Under the pieces are notes generated by a model. That model was given only the letters and a program-made list of their open reading frames with translations. It made no database searches and was not told the origin of the DNA. DNA of 64,000 bases from Felis catus (Eukaryota): the NCBI RefSeq assembly GCF_018350175.1, contig NC_058368.1, forward strand, positions 130,016,001-130,080,000, read 5' to 3'. Positions 12,496 to 22,060 of this stretch are shown here, in pieces. How positions within the stretch are numbered: the stretch's first letter is position 1; the number at the start of each line of letters is the position of its first letter. Position numbers and translations under genes: made by a program.

Positions 12496-12728
12496 TTTTT
12501 TTATTATTTTTTTTTATTTTTTTTTCAACGTTTATTTATTTTTGGGACAGAGAGAGACAGAGCATGAACAGGGGAGGGGCAGAGAGACAGGGAGACACAG
12601 AATCGGAAACAGGCTCCAGGCTCTGAGCCATCAGCCCAGAGCCTGACGCCAGGCTCGAACTCACGGACTGTGAGATCGTGACCTGGCTGAAGTCGGACGC
12701 TTAACTGACTGAGCCACCCAGGCACCCC
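12496..12728 (-). mobile_element. Young Can-SINE (SINEC_Fc)
   Basis: TSD gggtaactatcttct at 12481 and 12730. Confidence 0.95.
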
Positions 12729-13092
12729 AGGGTAACTATCTTCTAATATCACAAATCTATTATAAGGGTTCTAATTTTATCTTAACCATTTTAATGGAAA
12801 TATTTAAATATTATGTCCTTCCTTGGAGGGTGAGAGAGCGGTTAGGCATATGGATGTAATGGAAAGAGAACAAAACCAGGAATTTGGAAGTCTGTATGCC
12901 AGTTCTCCTGTTGTTATTAACTTCAGAAAAATCAACCTTGAATGTCACTCACAGCCTAGGGACATCATTTTTTCCTCATTTCAGAAATGAACTTGCCAGC
13001 CTTGCTATTTAGATGCTCTATAGTTCAACACTTGGGTAAGTTATGGCCACAGAGGGATGTACTTTTTTAGCTTCTTAGTACCTCTTTTTAAA

Positions 13093-13367
13093 TTTTATTT
13101 GTATTTTTTAATTTTTTTTAATGTTTTGTTTTGTTTTTTTTATTTTTGGGAGAGAGAGAGAGAGAGAGAGACAGAGAGACAGAGAGACAGAGAGACAGAG
13201 TGTGAGCAGGGGAGGGTCAGAGACAGAGGGAGACACAGAATCCGAAGCAGGCTCCAGGCTCCGAGCTGTCAGCACAGAGACCGACACGGGGTTCAAACTC
13301 ACGAACCATGAGATCATGACCTGAGCTGAAATCAAACACTTAACTGACTGAGCCACCCAGGCGCCCC
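13093..13367 (-). mobile_element. Can-SINE (SINEC_Fc2-like)
   Basis: Expanded GA/GACA tract; TSD ttagtacctcttttt on both sides. Confidence 0.93.
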
Positions 13368-13399
13368 TTTTAGTACCTCTTTTTAAATATATTATAAAA

Positions 13400-13756
13400 C
13401 TTGTTTAGTGTAGTCTCTCTTCTCAGTTTTCCTTTGTTGCCTGTGCGTTTAGTGTCATATTTTTGAAATCATTGTTATGCCCAGTGGCATGAAGCTTTTC
13501 CCAAAATTGTGGCTTTTTTTCCTAGGAGTCCGAGGTCTTATGTTTAAGTCTCACTCATTTTGAGTTGATTTTTTGTGTGGTGAAAGAGAAGGATTTCATT
13601 CTTTTTCATTTGGATATCCACTTTTCTCAACACCATTTGTTGAAGAGACTGTCCTTCCATCACTGTTTACTTTTGGGTGCCCTTGTTGAAGATCAGTTGA
13701 CTATATATGTGTGGAATTATTTCTGAACTTCCTGTTCTGTCTATTGCTCTGTATAC
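13400..13756 (-). mobile_element. L1 ORF2 fragment (segment after WYWHKDRH)
   Basis: The reverse complement reads ...cagaaataattccacacatatatagtcaactgatcttcaacaagg...gacagtctcttcaacaaatggtg..., typical L1 ORF2. Confidence 0.85.
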
Positions 13757-13764
13757 CCAACATG

Positions 13765-14442
13765 GTACCTGAAATCCTAGTCAGAACAATTAGGCAAGGA
13801 AAAGAAATAAAAAGAATCCAGATGTTAAGGTAGAAGTAAAACTGTCCCTTTTTGCGGATGATGTGATCTTATGTATAGAAAATACTAAAGACCTATTTAA
13901 AAAAAATTGCTGGAGCTAATAAATTAAGTAAGGTTGCAGGATACAAAGTCAGTATGCAAACTTCAGTTGTATTTTCTGTACTAAATGAACTATCTGAAAA
14001 GGAACTTAAGAAAACACATCCCACTTAGAACTGCATCAGAAAGAATACAATAGCTGATCATAAATTTAACATAAATACAATAATTGAGCATACATAATAC
14101 ACTTCAAGGAGGTGAGAGACTTGTACCTTGAAAACTACAAAACGTTGATGAAAGACATTAAAGACACAAGTAGATACTCATATTCATGGTTTGGAACACC
14201 AGATATTAAGATTTCTATACTACGCAAGGCAATTTTCAGAGTCTGTGCACTCTGTCAAAAATTCCAATGGCATGTCTTACAGGAATAGAAAACACAATTC
14301 TAAAATTCATAGGAACCATGAAAGACCTTGAGTGGCCAAAACAGTCTTGAAAAAGAATAAAGCTGGAGGCATCACACTTTCTGATTTCAAAATCTATCAC
14401 AAAGTAAATAAAACAGTATGGTACTGGCATAAAGACAGACAC
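13765..14442 (+). mobile_element. L1 ORF2 reverse-transcriptase fragment (decayed)
   Basis: Degenerate IRQ.KEIK.IQ...VKLSLFADD motif and [23 protein letters not shown]...[10 protein letters not shown] (supplied ORF at 14332). Confidence 0.92.
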
Positions 14443-14444
14443 CC

Positions 14445-15800
14445 TTTTTATTTTGGAAGAGTTTTAGGTTTTCAGAAAAGTAGCAGAGGTAGTACAGACC
14501 TTTCCTTCTCATGTGCCCCTCACTCCTTTTCCGTAATGTCAGCATCTTACATCAGAGTGCATTTGTCAAAGTTAGGAAACCAACATTGGTATATTATTGC
14601 TAACTAAACTTCAGGTTTTATTGAGATATCGCTGGTTTTCCACTAATGCTCTTAGTTGCAAGATGTGGTCCAGACTACCAAAAATTGCGTCTCATCTGGG
14701 TCCGTTTTTAATAGTTTTGTGTCTCTTCCCATTACTCCCGGTATTTCTGTATTGTCAGCTGGGCCTCAGTACTGTTGGCTTTGTTTTTTCTGTAGAGGGT
14801 TTTTACTTTCTCATATTTGTACATCTGAGCAAAGATAACCACACTTGTTAGATGTGTTCCAAAGAAGAATAAACAATTTCTGAATTTGTAAGATTCTTCT
14901 GTGATTAATTTGTTTGAATTTGGGAATGTGGATTACCAAACTGTTTGGGTCTTTCACCTCCGGGAAATTAATTCCATGCCTCCCAATATATTCTTGGTGT
15001 CTGAGGTTGCCAGATACTAAGCTCACTCCGGTTTGTGATGTGTTGCTGTCCGTGACCCCTCAGTGATAACATCTTGCAAAACTGTAACATCACAACCAAA
15101 GTAGTCAGGATATGGAACATTTCCGTGGCTGCAAAGACTCCTCATTTTGCCCTTTTATAATTAAACCCACTTCCCTTCTGCCTCTGATACCTCCTTTAGT
15201 TATGAATGACTTTTTTTTTTTATCAAAACCTGGATATTTTTGGTTTTATTAGACTGAATCTTACTGCAAATTCTGTTTTAGCCACCTTCTTTTGACAGTG
15301 CTGTGGCAGAAGTGGCTGTGCCACTTTGTTACTGTCAGGTGGGTGCAGAAAGCCAAGTTCTCCACTCGGCCCCTCTCCCCGTGAGAGGAACTGAAAGTTC
15401 AAGCTCCCCAAGTGTCGCCACACACACGCTATTGGGAGATGGGTGGTTCGAATCCTTTTAACAGCCTGGTGTGAGTAGAGGTGGGGCCATAGTTTAGTCT
15501 TGGTGTTGGGCTGAGTGAAATAAACTAGTTATCTAAAGTTTTCTGTCTTGCTTTGTGGTCCCTTGGGTAGAGTGCAGGCTTTTTGTTGGAGCCTTTTTTT
15601 GGTCTACATTTGTTACCATGTCCAGGTTGCTGGCTTCTTCAGGCCCAAATTTGGGGTATATGATGCAAGAAGAAAGCCTGGGACTCAGTACTGTGTCATT
15701 CCTTCAGTTCTGGGTGTCTCTACACACACAGACACACACACACGTAATGTCCAGGAGTTGTAGTTGTACTTAGCTGAAAGAATTAGAAGAACATTTTACT
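14445..15800 (-). mobile_element. Old L1M (L1MC/L1MD-like) fragments
   Basis: L1M 3'-end-like pieces at about 14445-14720 and 15030-15200, and a 5'-region-like piece at about 15240-15800. Confidence 0.55.
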
Positions 15801-16214
15801 CTATTATTTTGGAATTAGAAGTGTACTTCACATCTACTTTTGCAGTGTGGTTTTCCAACAGCAGAGTTATCTTCCTAATTATAATTTGCTTATTACATTA
15901 TAAAATTAATTATTTTCTCAGGAGCATACCACCTGATGAACATGTAAGCTTTCTGTATTTTTTCACGTTAAATCATATAATTGAGTTTATTATGTAATGT
16001 GGGCATTATTTATATAGTATATATGTATAATACTGTATAAAAGCAACAGTTGTGAAAATGATATTAGTGACTTTAGTGTTTTTTAATTCTATTGATGGCA
16101 CTGTAACATTCAAAGAAATGATATCTGGAGTTTTAGTGGGTATGCAGCAGTGATTTTTCTTGAGAGAATCATTTTATTAATGTATTTCAAAAAACTTATT
16201 CAAAAGAAAGTATT

Positions 16215-16434
16215 GGGGCACCTGGGTGACTCAGTCAGTTAAGTGTCTGACTTCGGCTCAGGTCATGATCTCACGGTTCTTGAGTTCGAACCCCTCATCT
16301 GGCCTGTGTGCTGACAGCTTGGAGCCTGGAGCCTGCTTCAGATTTTGTGTCCCCCTCTCTTTCTGCCCCTTCCCTGCTCATACTCTCTTCTGTCTCTCTC
16401 AAAAATAAATAAGCATTAAACAAATTAAAACAAA
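16215..16434 (+). mobile_element. Can-SINE (SINEC_Fc2-like)
   Basis: TSD aaaagaaagtatt at 16202 and about 16435. Confidence 0.93.
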
Positions 16435-18541
16435 AAAAGAAAGTATTAATAGCTGTGATTTATGACTATCTACCACAAGCCAAAATCCACATTTATTTGC
16501 TAACATGACATTTTTAACTGAAGAAAATAGTTGTTGTGGTGGTTGTTTTAAGATTTTTTAAAGATGTGCATTTGGAGATCTTATGTGTTTTGTTTTCCCT
16601 TCCTTCTCCCTTCAACAACTTTTCTTTCAAAAGAGACTAATGGTTGTTTTTTTTTTTTTATCTTTGCATGACTGGTCAATATACTTTAAAAAATACTGTA
16701 CTGATGCCTTGGATTTAGTATGGCAGTAGTTTTCCTTTTTATTAGTTGAAAGTTAAAGGGTGGAGATTTGATACGTTAACTGTTTGCAGTTTTCTATAGC
16801 AGATTGAAACAGGATTTAAACAACCCTTCTAAGCTCATTTCAGTAGTTGGGGTAACTTATTTGAACATCAATTTCCAGCTCAGCTCTGTTTCCCTCATAT
16901 TGTAGCAGATGGTTTTAGTTACAGATAGTTCATGATATTTCAACAAAGTGCACATCCTCTTTAGCAAAAAATCTATTTCATAGTAATGAAAATAATATCG
17001 AACATTACTGCATTTTGCTTAAGAGAACATTTACTTTTAAATGTTCATCTTCAATTTCTGTGCTTTTTGTACAGTGATATCTTCAGGCTTGTGAAGGCAG
17101 GGGTTTGTGTTGAGAGTTCTTTTCTCCTGTTCATCCGCAATGAATACTGAATGTATCCTTGCCTTGGATTTATCATGTAGCTCTGGAATGGTCACCTAAG
17201 GGGTCTCATTTCAAATTCATGCCATGTATGTCTCTGCCTCTCAGTTAGATTTTCCATTTGTGGTCATTATTTTAAAATTTCTTTAAATTGCTCAAACAGC
17301 ACATGTGATTCAATTGTTTTATCTACCTAAAATTGAATATCCGTAAGGAAGGACAAGAGTTTCTGTGCAGCCATAGTGGGCACACACATTCATGTATTTT
17401 ACTGACGCCTTGCAGATGTTCACCTTTATTGATAATGAGAGAAATGTACAGCTTAAAGTAGAGTGTATTATTTTTCACTTCATAAATTATAAAGCATTTA
17501 AATAATGGTAATTAATACCAGTGGTAAAGACAATGTCACAAGCTGTAAACTCTCATACCTTTTACATTTGTACTAACTGTCGGAAAAACAACTTGATAAT
17601 GTGTATCAGGAGTTATAAAATCGTCTGTGTCCTTTAGTAATTCTTCTAAAATAGAAAAAGGCATAAGGAAGTAATCTGATATGTAGAGGAACAGTGCTTG
17701 TGATAGGTTATTCAGGAAAATTAGTTAAAATTGTATTTTAACTATACCATGATCATTTCAACACACCTATAACCAAAAAGATGATAACATATATAGATTT
17801 AGAATTCTTAAAATGTGTTAGAGTAGAATTTTCAGTTGACATACAAATGCAAAGAGCAGCACTAATTGTATATATTGTGATATTGTGTATTTGTGGATCA
17901 CATGCACAGAAAGGCAAAGGAGGCCACAGTGTTTTCTGTTGTGATTGTTACTGTTAGGAAGTAGAATGGTGGGTTATTTTTAATTGTATTTCTTTTGTTT
18001 TCCAAATATCCCAGTGGGAGAGGAGGGGTATGTGCTTGTTTTGGTTTTATAAATGTTTTTCTTTATTATTTCTGTCTCTGTCTCTCTCTCTCTGTTACCA
18101 GAAGCACGTAGTAAGTAGCAGAGCCGTCCAGGATAGGGCGCTTTCCTCTGTCAGCCCCAAGGGCCTCCCTGAGCTGCCTCAGTAGCACCTTATCTTCCTC
18201 AGAGGAGCCCTGGACAGTTGTGTTGAAATGCTCTTCGGCGTGTTCTGTCTAGAATACTTTGTACCAGGTTTCAATTCTTTACATGGATGAAGCCTGAGCT
18301 GTTGAAGAGTTGGGCTAATCGGGCAACTTAGGCTCAGAGGCCCTAGGGAACCGAGGATAGACAAACAGTGAAATTTCCTTCGGCAGACTTTTGCACGGTG
18401 TGACTATTTGACGATCTCTTGTGAGAAGGGAGGCAGAAGCAGTCGTGCGGCTGCGGAAGGGATTACAGAGATTTGTAGTCCCGTGTAAGTGGGAGTTGTG
18501 TTTGCCTCGTTGACGCAGTGTGGCCCCTCTCTGTCCCATAG

Positions 18542-18706
18542 CTGGCTCTGAAGGACCCGGTGCACACAGTGTCGCTGCAGCAGTTTATCTACGAGAAGCT
18601 GAAGGCGCAGCAGGAGCTCCTGGGAGAGCAAGGCTTCCAGTCCCTCATGGAGACCGTGGACACGGAGATCGTCACCCAGCTGCAGGAGTTTTTGCAGGGC
18701 TTCTGA
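18542..18706 (+). CDS. IPO11: Importin-11, terminal coding exon (C-terminal 54 aa plus stop)
   Basis: After the acceptor ...tgtcccatag, phase 0 translates to LALKDPVHTVSLQQFIYEKLKAQQELLGEQGFQSLMETVDTEIVTQLQEFLQGF*, which I recognise as the importin-11 C-terminus. TGA at 18704-18706. Confidence 0.95.
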   Translation: MALKDPVHTVSLQQFIYEKLKAQQELLGEQGFQSLMETVDTEIVTQLQEFLQGF

Positions 18707-18860
18707 GGGCGAGTGGCGTGTGGCTGCCTCCCCTTTCTGAAACAAGCCAAGGACCCCAGCCTGCCATTGGTGTGTGCCAGCCTGCTGAGAGGATGAAGAA
18801 CTCCCTCGTGTATGCCTGTAAAGAAGTGAAGACCATACATTTTTACTACCAAAATGAGTG

Positions 18861-18866
18861 AATAAA
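18861..18866 (+). terminator. Candidate proximal poly(A) signal AATAAA
   Basis: gagtgAATAAAtgt, with U-rich sequence about 45-65 nt downstream. Confidence 0.45.
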
Positions 18867-19669
18867 TGTAAATCCCGCACAACTAAAATCACAAACCTAT
18901 TCCTCAAAAGAATTTAATTTTATATTTAAGAGGGGCCCCATGTTTACTAGATATAGATTTGATGACACTAGCTGCTTAGTTTTCTGTTAAGAGAAGACAC
19001 CGTTTGATTACCTTTTAATCATGTGCTCTTAACGCTTGAGAAGATGAAGGTTAATGTCTGCTCTGTTTTTCTGCAACCAGAAGTATTAATTTGGCTGCTG
19101 TATCCCTTTTTTAAGCTAATGAAACTGCAAGTTTGAAAAATGGCAAAGCTGTTCAGATGATGCAATTAGAGAAGGGTGTGCACCGGGCAAAAATATATAA
19201 ATAGTGCAAATATATATTACTAAGGTTATCTTGCAAGGGAGTTGCTTTCATCTGACGTAGAAAATGTGTTTTATCAAATGCTTTTATTTTCATTTTAGTA
19301 ATTGGATACAAAAATTAGTGAAGGGATTTTTTTCCTCGTTTTATTTTCAGAAATTACCTTTAGTGTTTAAATGCATCTCGTAAGGCCCGCGGAAGGGAAC
19401 CTGTGGTACTGCGGCCCCGGGGGAGACCTCTTGCCCCTTTGTTCCTCCCGGAGGCCGGAGGCCGGGCGCGGACAGCAGCCGCCACCCCACAAGCCGTTCT
19501 GTGCTGCAACCCCCACCCCCACCCCCCGCCCCGCCCTACCTGCCCTACCAGGTCCCAAGGTCCTTATGCCTCCGCACAGTCAGGATCCCCCGGGGCACCA
19601 CACCGTTAGGACAAGTCTTCCTTCCTTATTCCTCCAACACGCAGTACCAAAAAAGGGGAAAAAGGAGAA

Positions 19670-19675
19670 AATAAA
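19670..19675 (+). terminator. Candidate poly(A) signal AATAAA
   Basis: ggagaaAATAAAgcc followed by a U-rich tract. Confidence 0.4.
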
Positions 19676-19891
19676 GCCTTACCGTTTCACTTGCCATTTA
19701 TTGTTAAGAAACCTTTAAAGCATTTTTTAGGAAATACTCAAAGCAAGGTTGGGAAATGTCTGATCTTTCTATAGAAAGTTGGGTACAGTATATGTAACTG
19801 CAGGAAGCCCACTGCCCCTTTGTAAGCTGTGGAACCCAAAATGTACGGAACTACTTGGTGTTTTGAGCAAGAGAAAGAAAATATGGTCCAA

Positions 19892-19897
19892 ATTAAA
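19892..19897 (+). terminator. Candidate distal poly(A) signal ATTAAA
   Basis: ATTAAA followed about 20-40 nt later by U/GU-rich tttgatttgtctgactattttt; TGTA motifs lie upstream. Confidence 0.5.
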
Positions 19898-20859
19898 TTT
19901 TCCAAAGATACCTACCTTTGATTTGTCTGACTATTTTTCCTGCTCCATGAAAAATGAGTTGGTAAAAATTGCCCCATGGATTTGAAAGGGATGTTTTCTT
20001 CCAGACCCTGGTGTTGGTCCTGTCCTAGTAGGTGGTGGTGCTGTGTATAGTAAATCCTAGCTACTGTTTCACTTTCTCTTTTCATTTAAAGACCAAAAGC
20101 TTCTTTAATGTGATCATTCTTAACCATTATTACTCAGTTCTCAGGACTGATCTAAGAAGAAGAATTTCTTTTTGTTGACGTAATTATTTTCATTTAAGGC
20201 ATTATTCCCAACGTTACCAGAAATTCTAAACGTGCCCCAGCTTTTCACTTATAGTGAAATAACTTCTCTTTCCAATTCCTGACAGATTTCATTATAGCGT
20301 TATAGCAAATTTTACTAAAATAGCTACCTTGCAGAAACAGTAAAAAACTTAACCTCAGGGAAAGAGTTTGGTTCATTTTTTAAAAAAACTGAAATGTTTA
20401 AAATAGGCTTTAAGTAGGAACACTAAGTAACATTACTTAAGGAATATTAAGTAGGAAATGTTTAAAATAGGTCAGAAAAAAATCATGTATCTTGAAATTT
20501 TAAGTGTTCAATTAGACATAAAATACACGTGTTAATTTACAGAAGTATATTCATTAATGCAGCCTATGGCACACATTTGGACAAAATGAGTCCTCTCAGC
20601 CAGGCCTCTGGTTGAACTGTGGCTCCTGATCATTTCTCATCCATAAACATAGCTTCTTTTCTATTTATTTTATGTTCCAGACACTTCTCCCATTCCTCCC
20701 ACAAAGGCACGTGTGGCCAACAAGGACATTTTCAAGTTTTCATGATAAGTGGTCCCTTGTCCATCTGTCTCCTACCAGTCATTTTAGAGAAACCACATCA
20801 TTACATGTTAAACACACATTGTTTCCCTGGAAAAGCTTCACCGTAGATCCTTATTTACT

Positions 20860-21030
20860 GATTCCTTTATTCAACTAGTATTTGTTGAGTTCCTGTTTTG
20901 TGCCATGGTGCTACACTGAATTCTGGAGTTAGAACAGGGTATTTACCTGACTAAAATTTTATAAATCAGTGGGAACACATACCTGCCAACATGACATAAA
21001 AAAAAAAAATAGTGGATCTAATGGAAACAT
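20860..21030 (-). mobile_element. L2 3' fragment
   Basis: tttattcaactagtatttgttgagttcctgttttgtgcca... Confidence 0.55.
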
Positions 21031-21449
21031 ATGTCCTAGAGCAGCAGGAGTGCAGGGCAGGGAGATCAGATACAGAAGAATGATCCTGGCACTGTATAAT
21101 TTGATAGTTATTTAAAAACTCTTAAACACTGTAGTTTGGTGAGGTTATGGAGAAGTCACTGCCACTAGGCTGGACTCGGGACCCTGTGATGTCAAACTCA
21201 GAAGCACTTGAAATGACTCTGACGTGCTATCCCTGAAATTTTGGAAATGTTGGAGCTCGACAGCCTCACAACTGATCCCTTATTCCATGAATTGAAACGT
21301 AAGGCTCACATATTGGGGGTAGTGGTCTTCTGTTCTACAAACCTTATAAATCCCACACAGAAATTTATAAGCTTTTGGAGAACTGATAAAAGAAAGACCA
21401 GAGCTGTCTCTCATGAAAAACAAAAATACTTTCTTCCCTCAACTTCAGG

Positions 21450-22060
21450 AAAAACATTTTAATCTACAGAAGCATCGAGAGACTAGTATAATGACCAGTA
21501 GTATATCCTTTATCTGAATTCACTAAATTGTTTAATTTTAACACATGTATTCTCTCCATACACACCCCCACATATGTATAGCATATATATACTTATGCTG
21601 AACCTTATGAAAGTAAGTCAAAGACACTCCATTCCCCCATACATTAGAAGGGCCATGCAATAATATGTAATAAGCAATTCATATTCCAGTTTTCCCTAAT
21701 GCCCCGAAGATGTCTTTTATATGCTGCCCATTCATTTTATGATCCAGGATCCATTGAATGTTTATTCATTGCATTTGGCTGTTCAATTTTTAAATCTAGG
21801 ATACTCCTTTTAACATACCATTGACTTTTTTGAAGAATCCCAAACAGTTGTCTAGTAGAATGTCCATTATGGTCTAGTGTTCTAATTGTTTCCTCATAGT
21901 TCGATTCAGATTAACATTTGTTGGCAATGAAACTCCATCATTAATGTTGTATACCTGCCCTGGCATCACATTCTGAGGTATGTAATGTCAGGTTGTCTCT
22001 CCGTTCGTATTATAACAGTTAAGGTGGTCATAGCCAGGCCTCCCCATTATAAGGATAAGT
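21450..22060 (-). mobile_element. Old L1MC-like 3' end
   Basis: ...gatccaggatcc...ttgcatttggctgt...ttgacttttttgaagaatcc...gttgtctagtagaatgtcc...tttcctcatagttcgattcagattaa. Confidence 0.65.

Larger units (their letters stand above)
18707..19920 (+). other. IPO11: IPO11 3' UTR (end approximate)
   Basis: Repeat-free, mostly AU-rich sequence after the stop, with poly(A) hexamers at 18861, 19670 and 19892. Confidence 0.7.

Noticed and set aside
14332..14607. ORF with L1 ORF2 similarity
   Set aside because: Part of a decayed, frameshifted L1 that runs into unrelated sequence; not a gene.
18404..18907. 167-aa antisense ORF over the IPO11 last exon
   Set aside because: Shadow frame of a GC3-rich coding exon; non-ATG start and no recognisable protein.
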